UHGV virus genome: UHGV-0015476 | Reading direction: 5' to 3' (one strand) | Source: a virus | DNA length: 59,873 bases | Shown here: piece after piece, positions 16,001 through 24,170 of the stretch | Layout of the letters: the number at the start of each line of letters is the position of its first letter | Numbering within the stretch: position 1 is the stretch's first letter | Translations under genes and position numbers: made by a program | Notes under the pieces: model-generated | What the model was told of the DNA's origin: nothing | The model's database searches: none | What the model saw: the letters and a program-made list of their open reading frames with translations, nothing else

Positions 16001-17159
16001 CCTGTTTGGCCCAACCTTCACGAGACGGTTCAAGGAAATCGTGGACGGACGTGTGAGCATCAAGCACACGGCCTGGGATGAGGTCAATCATATTCTGGAC
16101 GGTAAGCTGGCGCCTTATATCAAGAAGGTGCAGAGCGGCGAGATGACCGCCAAGGAGCTGGCGAATGCTCTGAAGACCGCCATCAACTCTGTGTACGGAT
16201 TGACCAGCGCAGCCTTTGAGAACGCCTTCCGCGACCCGAGGAACAAGGACAACATCGTGGCCAAACGCGGCGCTTTGTTCATGGTAAACCTGAAGAACGA
16301 GGTGCAGAAGCGCGGCTTCAAGGTGGCGCACATCAAGACGGACTCCATCAAGATCCCCGAAGCAACTACGGACATCATCAACTTTGTGATGGAATACGGC
16401 AAGCGCTATGGCTATACCTTTGAACATGAGGCAACATATGACAAGATGTGCCTGGTGAATAACGCCGTATATATCGCGCGGTATGATGACGCCGACAACT
16501 GCATGGCCAAGTATGGCTATGTGCCGGGCGATGTGAAGGATCATCCGCTGGCGTGGACAGCGACGGGCAAGCAGTTCCAGGTGCCGTATGTCTTCAAGAC
16601 TCTGTTCAGCCGGGAGCCCATTCAGTTCAAGGACATGTGCGAAACCTTCTCGGTCAGCGGCGCGTTATATTTGGACATGAATGAGCAGCTGAGGGATGTG
16701 GAGCCGGAAGAGAAGGCGTTCCAGAAGGCGCTGAAGGACGCCGGTCTAAAGTTTGAGGACTGGCAGGACCTGAGGGGTGACCCCCAGCGCATGGTACTGG
16801 ATATCCAGACCGAGCGGACGCTGCGGGATCTGGAAGACCGGATTGCCTGCGGTCATGACTACCACTTTGTTGGAAAGGTCGGCGAGTTCACGCCTATCAA
16901 AGCCGGATGCGGAGGCGGACTGCTGATGCGCGAAGCCGGAGGCAAGTATTCGGCCGCGAGCGGCACCACCGGTTTCCGCTGGATGGAAAGTGAAATGGTG
17001 ACGGCGCTTGGAAAAGAGGCCGATATTGATCGCGGCTATTACGACAAGCTTGTGAACGATGCCGTTGAAACCATCGGCCAGTATGGCGACTTTGAATGGT
17101 TCCGGAGTGACGACCGCTTCGATGTGCCGCCGGAAGGCGACGCGCATGACGGCGTGTAA
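13020..17159 (+). CDS. Fused replication protein, 1379 aa, with three modules. The N-terminal module is a D5/P4-type SF3 helicase NTPase. The central module is a Prim-Pol (AEP) primase. The C-terminal module is a family-B DNA polymerase with 3'-5' exonuclease.
   Basis: Helicase: Walker A GAAGTGKST, then LVAIEHDGD and RRLIDVSP as in P4-family primase C-terminal NTPases. Prim-Pol: VIDFDI and SKSGKAIHLHYLY motifs. Exonuclease: ExoI FYDVEVFPN and ExoIII YCDNDV. Polymerase: PolB motif A DIASMHPHS, motif B KTAINSVYG and motif C HIKTDSI. Confidence 0.8.
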   Translation: MIDFLMISTRSTKRGTIEIYPKFIIRNPSQHLMIRGGDFYAIWVEEKGLWSTSEQDAVDIIDGELDKYAKENASRFESGYKVLHLWDAESGMIDVWHKYCQRQMRDSFHMLDEKLIFSNSKTDRKDYASKRLPYPLEKGDTSAWDKLLSVLYSPSERRKIEWAIGSIVSGDSRKLQKFMVFYGAAGTGKSTIIGIIEQLFEGYTATFDSKALGQSSNAFALEPFKKNPLVAIEHDGDLSRIEDNTRINSLVSHERMSVNEKFSKMYENNFKCFLFMGTNRPVKITDAKSGLLRRLIDVSPTGNKLKPGEYKQLMKQISFELGAIAQHCMDVYLEEPDAYDDYIPLNMLSASNDFYNFVLDSWAVFHKEDETTLKAAWTMYKAYCEDAKVAYPYSQRAFKEEMKNYFRDYKEREILDDGTRVRSYYKGFRSEKFEEEKPEKKEEALSKPALNLKAQPSRLDAEYSDCPAQYANDAGTPSKRWENVQTKLSDLDTSKPHYVKTPEQLIVIDFDILGPDGEKSFERNLEEAGKWPPTYAEVSKSGKAIHLHYLYDGDVSQLSRIYADHIEIKVFNGNSSLRRKLSLCNDLPIAHLSSGLPLKEAKKIVNFDSVQSEKGLRTLIKRNLNKEIHAGTKPSIDFIHKILEDAYKDDKLSYDVSDMRNAVLAFAAHSTHQAEYCVKLVSKMQFKSKDKEGAPEIHSEAPIVFYDVEVFPNLFLINWKLQGEDKPVVRMINPKPAEVEELMRYRLIGFNCRRYDNHILWGRLMGYSNMQLYNLSQRIVNGGKRNDAFFGEAYNVSYTDVYDFASAGNKKSLKKFEIELGIHHQELGLPWDKPVPEELWPKVAEYCDNDVIATEAVFNHLSADWTARQILADIAGLTVNDTTNQLTTRIIFDQVRKPQAEFNYRDLSQPVHELKQEVYKFLLEATPEMMEVKHGEDESLLPYFPGYTFEKGISTYRGEEVGEGGYVYAEPGMYGNVALLDIASMHPHSVIAECLFGPTFTRRFKEIVDGRVSIKHTAWDEVNHILDGKLAPYIKKVQSGEMTAKELANALKTAINSVYGLTSAAFENAFRDPRNKDNIVAKRGALFMVNLKNEVQKRGFKVAHIKTDSIKIPEATTDIINFVMEYGKRYGYTFEHEATYDKMCLVNNAVYIARYDDADNCMAKYGYVPGDVKDHPLAWTATGKQFQVPYVFKTLFSREPIQFKDMCETFSVSGALYLDMNEQLRDVEPEEKAFQKALKDAGLKFEDWQDLRGDPQRMVLDIQTERTLRDLEDRIACGHDYHFVGKVGEFTPIKAGCGGGLLMREAGGKYSAASGTTGFRWMESEMVTALGKEADIDRGYYDKLVNDAVETIGQYGDFEWFRSDDRFDVPPEGDAHDGV

Positions 17160-17232
17160 ACGGCCATTCCTCATGAATGATCACGGATGACTTAGGAAAT
17201 TCAAAAAAACTTTCATAAAGGAGAAATGACTT

Positions 17233-17760
17233 ATGATTGGACGCACAATCGCTGTTGACGACACCCGTTTTATCTTTGCTACCAACTTTTCTGGCGATCC
17301 TACCAAGGATCGCTTTGCCGACGCCCGCCGCAAGGCCAACCTGCTGATTCCCGATCCCGAACAGGCGAAGGATCTCATCAAGGCCGGCTTCAAGGTGCGC
17401 GAGACCCGGCCAAGGCCTGATGACGACCCGAACGAGTTTGTTCCGGAATATTTCGTGACGGTGCTGCTGAAGTACCGCAACCGCGCCGGCCAGATGGTAA
17501 AGTATCCGCCCAAAGTCTATTTGGTGAGTGGCGACAAGGAGCCGGTGCTGCTGGATGAGGAATCCGTGGACTGCATCGACAGCATGCGGGTGAAAAATGT
17601 AAACGTCATCCTGAACCCGTATGAGTACGATCCTGCGAACAACGGCCTGAGCCTGTACGTCCGCACGATGTATGTGGAACAGGATCTGGATGACGATCCC
17701 TATGCGGCTCGCTATCGTTCGCGTCAGGATGATCGACACGACGAGGAAGATCCCTTTTAA
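17233..17760 (+). CDS. Possible ssDNA-binding protein, 175 aa, called only from an SSB-like acidic tail; no OB-fold was identified.
   Basis: The C-terminus ...DDRHDEEDPF resembles the DDDIPF / acidic-F tails of SSB and T7 gp2.5. The gene sits between the polymerase and helicase genes. Confidence 0.45.
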   Translation: MIGRTIAVDDTRFIFATNFSGDPTKDRFADARRKANLLIPDPEQAKDLIKAGFKVRETRPRPDDDPNEFVPEYFVTVLLKYRNRAGQMVKYPPKVYLVSGDKEPVLLDEESVDCIDSMRVKNVNVILNPYEYDPANNGLSLYVRTMYVEQDLDDDPYAARYRSRQDDRHDEEDPF

Positions 17761-17875
17761 GGCGGCGTTAGAGCGTCCTTCGGCTTGCGAAAGCAAGGAA
17801 CGCGCGGATGATGGAGTGTCTGGCCAACACGACCCACAGAGGGGGCAGGGCTGTGGGATTTCAGAGAAAGGAGGA

Positions 17876-19108
17876 ATGGCAATGGCGAACATCCATTTAT
17901 ACGCGCACCAGCTGGACGCCATTAAGCGGATGAAAAACGGCTGCGTGGTTTGCGGCGGCGTGGGCAGCGGAAAAAGCCTGACAGCGATCAGCTACTACTA
18001 CCTCGAAAATGGCGGAGAGATCGGATGCCTGCAAGGCGAGGACTATATTCCCATGGACGATCCGCCGAAGGATCTTTACATCATCACCACCGCCCGCAAG
18101 CGGGATACCTTTGAATGGGAAAAGGAGCTGGCGCCATTCCTGCTTTCCACTTCCAAAGAAGCCAACCTCTACTGCAACAAGGTTGTGGTGGACAGTTGGA
18201 ACAACGTTCATAAATACGTGGAGGCGGAGAACGCCTTCTTTATATTTGATGAGCAGCGTGTGGTCGGGAATGGCGTATGGGTGAAGAGCTTCCTGAAGAT
18301 TGTGAAGCGCAATCGATGGATTCTTTTGTCGGCAACCCCCGGGGATACCTGGAGCGACTACATCCCCCTGTTCATTGCCAACGGGTTCTATAAGAACCGC
18401 ACGCAGTTCAGCCGTGAACACATTGTATATTCCCACTTTACCAAGTTTCCGAAGATCGAGCGATACCTTGGAGAGCAGCACCTGAAAAAGCTGCGGGATT
18501 CGATCCTGATCGATATGGATTTCAAACGCCAAACAGAGGCGCATCATGAGGACGTATATGTGTCATACGACGTATCACTATACAAGGATTTGATGCGTTC
18601 CCGCTGGGATATTTGGAAGAACGAGCCGATTGAGAACGCATCCGGTCTATGCTACTGTCTTCGGCGCGTGGTCAACCAGGACACAAGCCGCCAGCTGATG
18701 GCGCTGGAGATCGCCGAGAAGCATCCGAGGATGATTATATTCTACAGCTTCGATTACGAGCTCGAAATCCTCAAGGCTCTCAGGTGGCCGATGGGAACAA
18801 AGGCGGCGGAATGGAACGGTCACAAACATGAACCGATCCCAAAATCCAGCAAGTGGGTATATTTTGTGAATTATGGCGCCGGGTCAGAAGGATGGAACTG
18901 TACGGAGACGGACACCATCCTTTTCTATTCCCAGAACTACAGCTACAAGGTCATGGTGCAGGCAAGCGGACGGATCGACCGTCTGAATACGCCGTTCCAT
19001 GACCTTTACTATTACCACCTGAAAAGCCGCAGCGGCATTGATCTGGCGATCAGCCGGGCTTTGAAGGACAAGAAAACATTCAACGAAAGTCGATTCGTTA
19101 AGTGGTAA
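17876..19108 (+). CDS. SF2 DEAD/SNF2-like DNA helicase, ~410 aa.
   Basis: Walker A GGVGSGKSL, DEAD-like FIFDEQ, SAT-like LSATPG and motif VI QASGRIDR. RBS AGGAGG precedes ATG 17876/17882. Confidence 0.7.
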   Translation: MAMANIHLYAHQLDAIKRMKNGCVVCGGVGSGKSLTAISYYYLENGGEIGCLQGEDYIPMDDPPKDLYIITTARKRDTFEWEKELAPFLLSTSKEANLYCNKVVVDSWNNVHKYVEAENAFFIFDEQRVVGNGVWVKSFLKIVKRNRWILLSATPGDTWSDYIPLFIANGFYKNRTQFSREHIVYSHFTKFPKIERYLGEQHLKKLRDSILIDMDFKRQTEAHHEDVYVSYDVSLYKDLMRSRWDIWKNEPIENASGLCYCLRRVVNQDTSRQLMALEIAEKHPRMIIFYSFDYELEILKALRWPMGTKAAEWNGHKHEPIPKSSKWVYFVNYGAGSEGWNCTETDTILFYSQNYSYKVMVQASGRIDRLNTPFHDLYYYHLKSRSGIDLAISRALKDKKTFNESRFVKW

Positions 19109-19153
19109 ATACGCGTTTTTTACAAATCCTTTTGCGAAAGGAGGTGTTCTTAA

Positions 19154-19456
19154 ATGAACACAAACAAGAATGAAAATGTTGTATTGCTGCTGAAGGTATT
19201 ACCTGATGGACCTGTAGAGCAAGGGATAATGAAAGCATGGAAGGCAATAACGAAAAAATACAAAATAACAAATGCGAGCGTACAATTGGGCGCAATATTT
19301 AACCAAGAGTACAATCAGTATGTTATTAAGTGTGAAAACCGTAATATGCTTGATAAATGCTGGAGATTCCTGAGTGACACAACCTGGAATATGTACCTGA
19401 AATCTGGAGAACATTTTTGTCCTGTTGTGAGTTATGCTGTAGAACGCCATTGTTAA
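19154..19456 (+). CDS. Low-GC (~36%) moron gene, 100 aa, unknown function.
   Basis: RBS AAAGGAGGTG upstream. Sharp GC drop relative to flanks (~55%); a terminator follows. Confidence 0.55.
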   Translation: MNTNKNENVVLLLKVLPDGPVEQGIMKAWKAITKKYKITNASVQLGAIFNQEYNQYVIKCENRNMLDKCWRFLSDTTWNMYLKSGEHFCPVVSYAVERHC

Positions 19457-19463
19457 AAACGAA

Positions 19464-19500
19464 GGAGGCCTGACAAAGCCTCTTTCTTTTTTCTTTTTTA
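19464..19500 (+). terminator. Rho-independent terminator (GAGGCC-TGACAAA-GCCTC followed by a long T-tract).
   Basis: Hairpin followed by TTTCTTTTTTCTTTTTTA. Confidence 0.65.
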
Positions 19501-19529
19501 TCAAATGATAATCAGAAAGGGAGAGAAAA

Positions 19530-20125
19530 ATGGAGAATCAGAGAACGCAGGAAGAGAGCCGCATGGAGCAGCTGAAGAAGGAAGTCCGCGATAACCGCGT
19601 ATAGCTGATCTTTACCGGCGTGGTGACACTGATTGGTGTTGGAACCGGAATCTACTGCCGCCGGCAGATGAAGAAGACCGTGAAGCTGGTGAGCAAGGCC
19701 TGCGATCATGTGGCCGAGCTGACGGTGGTGGATATTCAGCACGACGTAGTAGACCGGGCGATCAACAAGGCTGCCGCCCATGAGGTTGGACGTGTGGTGA
19801 ATCGGGCCGTACACAATGTGGAAGACGAGATGATGCACCAGACCCAGAAGTACGTCCGCGACGCAGTGAAGGAGAGCACGGCAAGCTGAGCAAGACCGTA
19901 TCCGACGCCATTGCCAGGGAAGCGGCCAAGATAGACAGCAACCAGATCATGGAGGACGCCACGGAAAAGGCGAAGAAAATGCTGCTTGAGCGGTTCGACG
20001 GCAAACTGGACGGGCTGATGAGCGATTATCAGCGGAATCTGGACAACGTGGGCAAAATTTACCAGTCGATTGCGTCGAGTATGGCGGACAAGGCGGGTAA
20101 GAACGTGACCATGACGTTTGAATAA
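19530..20125 (+). pseudogene. Membrane-anchored coiled-coil protein gene, apparently disrupted. There is an in-frame TAG at 19602-19604 and a frameshift near 19885.
   Basis: A 24-aa ORF ends at the TAG and the same frame continues LIFTGVVTLIGVGTGIY (a TM segment) into ORF 19620-19889. A third piece (MEDATEK...TMTFE, to 20125) continues in the +2 frame. Confidence 0.35.
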
Positions 20126-20137
20126 GGAGTGAGTGAA

Positions 20138-20368
20138 ATGACATACCGGGAAAGGGCTATTGAGATGCTGAAACTGATGGGTCAGGAATTGATTGACCGG
20201 GCTGAAGAGCTGATTCCGAACACGGAGGGCATTAAAGTCATTGATGTGTGGATCAGCATTCCAACGATGTCGGACAGTGAGCTGTGCATTCCTGAGATTC
20301 GGGTGAACACGAGCGCCTATCCCAAGCGCATGGCACTGGAGAAGTTTATGGAGCTGAATAAGCTATAA
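20138..20368 (+). CDS. Hypothetical protein, 76 aa.
   Basis: RBS AAGGAG lies 9 nt before ATG 20138. Confidence 0.5.
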   Translation: MTYRERAIEMLKLMGQELIDRAEELIPNTEGIKVIDVWISIPTMSDSELCIPEIRVNTSAYPKRMALEKFMELNKL

Positions 20369-20380
20369 GGAGGAAGCGAT

Positions 20381-20584
20381 ATGCAGCAGATTCCGGTAGC
20401 GCCGTCTGAGGTGCTAATGGTGAGCTTTGATCTGACCCACGGGCCGGACAACCGGCTGTGCATTGTGGGTAAGAAAGACGGCAAGGCGATTACGATTGTG
20501 AACGCCTTTCAGGGGCAGCAGGCGGAGGATATTTTCAAGCTGCTGACGACGGTAAAACAGAAAGTGGAGGAGAAAAAAAGATGA
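20381..20584 (+). CDS. Hypothetical protein, 67 aa.
   Basis: RBS AAGGAGGAAGCGATATG. Confidence 0.5.
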   Translation: MQQIPVAPSEVLMVSFDLTHGPDNRLCIVGKKDGKAITIVNAFQGQQAEDIFKLLTTVKQKVEEKKR

Positions 20585-20913
20585 ACGATCTTAAGCCTAT
20601 GACTGCGAGCGAGATTTTGCAGGGGCTCATTCTGAAGGATCTCAAGGAAAGTCTCAACTTCCATTACGGTGTTTTCTCCAACTGCAACGCAACGATCACA
20701 CATGTTATTTTCAATGCGCCCGCGACCATCGTATTCTGGCTGGATGGCTCGAAAACCGTGGTGAAAGCCCAGAATGACGAGCCCTTTGATAAAGAAAAAG
20801 GGTTAGCCATGGCGATCTGCAAGAAGCTCGGCGGCAATCGCGGCGCGTACTATGATATTTTCAAGGAATGGTGCCATGAAGAGGCTGCCGTGGAAGAAGG
20901 TGCTCAGGGGTGA
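20581..20913 (+). CDS. Hypothetical protein, 110 aa.
   Basis: ATGA overlap with the upstream gene; RBS GGAGGAGAAAAAAAG. Confidence 0.5.
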   Translation: MNDLKPMTASEILQGLILKDLKESLNFHYGVFSNCNATITHVIFNAPATIVFWLDGSKTVVKAQNDEPFDKEKGLAMAICKKLGGNRGAYYDIFKEWCHEEAAVEEGAQG

Positions 20914-21413
20914 GCCAGCTGTATGATGATTATTTGCGGGAGCATGCAGCCAACGTATACAAAGCGTGGCTCTGGATGTGGGACAACCACCTGGTCAGTC
21001 CGACATATGGGATGAAAATCGAGAATCTGATGCTGATACATGACGCGTCCAAAAGAAAAAAAGACGAATACCGGGCCTACGACGATTATTTTTATGGCAG
21101 CGGTAACCGTTCCGACTTTCAGAGGGCTTTGCTCAAGCATATTCACCGCAATCCCCATCACTGGCAGCACTGGGTGCTGGTGGACGAAGACGAGTCGATG
21201 GAAGCGCTGGAAATGCCGCCGGAATACGTCTACGAAATGATCGCGGACTGGTGGAGTTTCTTCCTCAAACGCGGCAACCTGCGGGGAATCTTCTCGTGGT
21301 ATGAAATGCACGAACCCGGTATAATCCTGCACCCCAAGACAAAGAGTCTGGTGGAGAGCATTCTTAGGCAGATCAAGGAAAAGCTGGACAGGGAGGAAGC
21401 GGAGCATGAATAA
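20910..21413 (+). CDS. Hypothetical metal-dependent hydrolase-like protein (HD-type motifs HDASK, HIHRNPHHWQH).
   Basis: His/Asp-rich motifs suggest a phosphohydrolase. Confidence 0.4.
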   Translation: MSQLYDDYLREHAANVYKAWLWMWDNHLVSPTYGMKIENLMLIHDASKRKKDEYRAYDDYFYGSGNRSDFQRALLKHIHRNPHHWQHWVLVDEDESMEALEMPPEYVYEMIADWWSFFLKRGNLRGIFSWYEMHEPGIILHPKTKSLVESILRQIKEKLDREEAEHE

Positions 21414-21588
21414 GGATAACCGCAACGGCTGCGGATTCGTGGGCTTATGCAGCGCACTGACTATTCCATTTATTATCCTCAAGCTGGATGGCGTGATTGA
21501 ATGGCCGTGGCTCTTAGTGCTTGCTCCCTTTTGGATTCCTATGGCTGTTCTGGCGCTGATTCTGCTCTTAGCGATAAAAACCCTGTAA
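21406..21588 (+). CDS. Small two-TM membrane protein, 60 aa.
   Basis: Hydrophobic segments LCSALTIPFIIL and WLLVLAPFWIPMAVLALILLLAI. Confidence 0.45.
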   Translation: MNKDNRNGCGFVGLCSALTIPFIILKLDGVIEWPWLLVLAPFWIPMAVLALILLLAIKTL

Positions 21589-21613
21589 AACGGAAGATCG
21601 AGGAAACGAAAAG

Positions 21614-23485
21614 ATGAACGAACTCTACTTTGGCCAGACGGTCAAGAAGATATTTGACGACATCAACTGCTCTGACGCCAGGGATTGCAACCTGAAGCGT
21701 GAGAACGGCAACATCAACGGCGATACCCCCATGGGGGCGATGCTCCAGCAGGGCGCAAACACCGCCAAGGAATATTATCTGGATACGATGATCGACCCGG
21801 AGATCGCAAACCTGCATCGCAAGGGCTGGATTCATATTCACGATCTGGACTTCTACGGCTGGACCACCACCTGCACGCAGATTGAGCTGCGAAAGCTCTT
21901 TAAGGGCGGCTTCAACACCGGGCACGGGCATCTGCGGGAGCCGAAGAGCATTGGCAGTTACGCGGCGCTGGCGGCCATCGCTATCCAGAGCAATCAGAAT
22001 GACCAGCACGGCGGACAGAGCGTTGTGGATTTCGATTATGCCATGGGCGACGGCGTGCGGCTGACCTACCAGCGATATTTGCGGGAGGCATTCGAGATCC
22101 AGTCTGATCTGCTGAACAACGCCGAAATGACCTATGAGACGGACATTGAGTGGCGGCAGGACTATGCCATGAAGAAGACCGTCCGCGACACCTATCAGGC
22201 GATGGAGGGGCTGATTCACAACCTGAACACCATGCACTCAAGGGCCGGGGCTCAGGTGCCGTTCTCTTCGCTGAACTACGGCATGGACACGTCCTGGGAA
22301 GGGCGGCTGGCCATGAAACAGCTTTTGCTGGCCACGGAGGCAGGCCTTGGCGATGGAGAAACGCCCATCTTCCCCATTCAGATTTTCCGGGTAAAGGAGG
22401 GGGTGAACTACAACCCGGGCGACCCCAATTATGACCTGTTCCGGCTGGCCATGCAGGTTTCCGCCAAGCGGCTGTTCCCGAACTTCAGCTTTGTGGATGC
22501 GCCCTTCAACCTGCAATACTATAAGCCCGGTCACCCGGAAACCGAGGTGGCCTACATGGGCTGCCGCACGCGGGTGATGGGCAATGTGTGCGGGCCGGAG
22601 ATCGCGCCCGGACGCGGCAACCTGAGCTTCACATCCATCAACCTTCCGAGGCTGGCGATTGAGTCCCAGGGAGACGCGAAGATGTTCTTCATTCATCTGG
22701 ATGAGATCCTGCACAGCGTTGCGAAGCAGCTGCTGGGGCGCTTTCAGGTGCAGGCTGCCCGGCTTGCACGCAATTTCCCTTTCCTGATGGGCGAAGGGGT
22801 GTGGCTGGATTCAGAGAAGCTGAAACCGGATGATCCGGTGCTGGAAGTCCTGCGCCACGGTACCCTCTCCATTGGCTTTATCGGCCTGGCAGAGACGCTC
22901 AAGGCGCTGACGGGTCACCATCACGGCGAGAGCGAGGAAGCGCAGAAGCTGGGGCTTGAGATTGTTGGGCACATTCGCGACTTCTGCGATGACATGAGCG
23001 AAGAGCTGGGGTTGAACTTCACCTGCCTGGCGACGCCCGCCGAGGGCTTGAGCGGCCGATTCGTGAGAATGGACAAGAAACGCTACGGCGAGATTCCGGG
23101 CGTGACAGATAAGGACTACTACACCAATAGCTTCCATGTACCGGTGTACTTTCCCATCTCCGCAGCCCGCAAGATCGAGCTGGAGTCGCCCTATCACGCG
23201 CTGACAAACGCCGGACATATTTCCTACGTGGAGATGGACGGTGATCCAACAAAGAATCTGGAGGCCTTTGAGGCGATTATCAGGCACATGAAGGAATGCG
23301 GCATCGGCTATGGCAGCATCAACCATCCGGTGGATCGCGACCCCGTATGCGGCTACAACGGCATCATCAATGATGTTTGCCCGAAGTGCGGCAGACGGCA
23401 TACCTGGAAGGAAACCGAAAAGATTGCCCGTCCCAAGGGTGATAAGCTGGAAAATGTGAAGGAGGATATTTCGAATGAAGATTGA
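21614..23485 (+). CDS. nrdD: Anaerobic ribonucleoside-triphosphate reductase NrdD, catalytic core (class III RNR). It ends after a Cys-rich stretch (VCGY...CPKCG, a possible Zn site) and lacks the glycyl-radical motif.
   Basis: RBS GAGGAAACGAAAAGATG. C-terminal DPVCGYNGIINDVCPKCG. The activase gene nrdG lies 0.7 kb downstream. Size and position match phage NrdD. Confidence 0.8.
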   Translation: MNELYFGQTVKKIFDDINCSDARDCNLKRENGNINGDTPMGAMLQQGANTAKEYYLDTMIDPEIANLHRKGWIHIHDLDFYGWTTTCTQIELRKLFKGGFNTGHGHLREPKSIGSYAALAAIAIQSNQNDQHGGQSVVDFDYAMGDGVRLTYQRYLREAFEIQSDLLNNAEMTYETDIEWRQDYAMKKTVRDTYQAMEGLIHNLNTMHSRAGAQVPFSSLNYGMDTSWEGRLAMKQLLLATEAGLGDGETPIFPIQIFRVKEGVNYNPGDPNYDLFRLAMQVSAKRLFPNFSFVDAPFNLQYYKPGHPETEVAYMGCRTRVMGNVCGPEIAPGRGNLSFTSINLPRLAIESQGDAKMFFIHLDEILHSVAKQLLGRFQVQAARLARNFPFLMGEGVWLDSEKLKPDDPVLEVLRHGTLSIGFIGLAETLKALTGHHHGESEEAQKLGLEIVGHIRDFCDDMSEELGLNFTCLATPAEGLSGRFVRMDKKRYGEIPGVTDKDYYTNSFHVPVYFPISAARKIELESPYHALTNAGHISYVEMDGDPTKNLEAFEAIIRHMKECGIGYGSINHPVDRDPVCGYNGIINDVCPKCGRRHTWKETEKIARPKGDKLENVKEDISNED

Positions 23486-23738
23486 GGTCAAAGGCGGCGA
23501 GATCAGCAGCAAGGAGGTTCTGTGGTATCAGGAGCGTGGACTGAAGAAGTTCGGCTCAGCGCTGGACTCAATGGAGATCACGATTCTGGATGACGACACC
23601 GCCGAAGTAAAGTATAACCTCGTGGGTCAGCCGTTTGAGCGCATCCGCCGTATCACCGGGTATCTGGTAGGCACGATGGACCGCTGGAACAACGCCAAGC
23701 AGGCGGAGGAAAGGGACAGGGTGAAGCATGAAGTCTGA
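23475..23738 (+). CDS. Stand-alone NrdD glycyl-radical domain, 87 aa (RRITGYLVGTMDRWNNAKQAEERDRVKH).
   Basis: A canonical class III RNR glycyl-radical C-terminus motif (R-x-x-G-Y-L-G...W..G...E...R..H) is encoded in a separate frame, overlapping the nrdD stop by 11 nt. Confidence 0.65.
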   Translation: MKIEVKGGEISSKEVLWYQERGLKKFGSALDSMEITILDDDTAEVKYNLVGQPFERIRRITGYLVGTMDRWNNAKQAEERDRVKHEV

Positions 23739-23883
23739 AATTAAGCTTGATCCTCATGGCTATTACACGCTGCACATCAACGGGGCGTTCGAAGGGAATT
23801 ACGACAGCTACGTGGAAGCGATCAAGGCTTACGAGAAGATCGTCTATGGCGAAAAGCCTGCGAAAGAGCAGGTAAGCGTATGA
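23728..23883 (+). CDS. Hypothetical small protein, 51 aa.
   Basis: Coupled start (GCATGAAG). Below the ORF-track cutoff. Confidence 0.35.
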   Translation: MKSEIKLDPHGYYTLHINGAFEGNYDSYVEAIKAYEKIVYGEKPAKEQVSV

Positions 23884-24053
23884 GCTTCTGGCAGAAGATG
23901 TCTCAGTTGTGCGTAATCGCCCTGATTCTGATCGCGGCGTGGGTTGCCTGGCGAATCTATGCGGTCGGTCAGGCCTGGGTGTATATTATCGCCTATTGGA
24001 TCGCGCTGACGCTCAAGAATTTGTGCGACTTGCTGGCGAGTCGGAAGAAATGA
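23880..24053 (+). CDS. Small two-TM membrane protein, 57 aa.
   Basis: ATGA overlap with the upstream ORF. Hydrophobic segments LCVIALILIAAWVAW and VYIIAYWIALTL. Confidence 0.4.
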   Translation: MSFWQKMSQLCVIALILIAAWVAWRIYAVGQAWVYIIAYWIALTLKNLCDLLASRKK

Positions 24054-24059
24054 TATTTG

Positions 24060-24099
24060 GAAGAGGGTTCGTGGATCGTCCACATTCCCTCTTCTTTTA
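24060..24099 (+). terminator. Terminator-like long hairpin (GAAGAGGG...CCCTCTTC) followed by TTTTAT.
   Basis: 8-bp outer stem, imperfect inner pairing, then a T-tract. Confidence 0.5.
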
Positions 24100-24170
24100 T
24101 CGCGCTGACAACCAAAAAAAACGGATGAAAAAAAAGAATGTGCAAGACAGAAAGGAGAAGAAAAAAGAAA

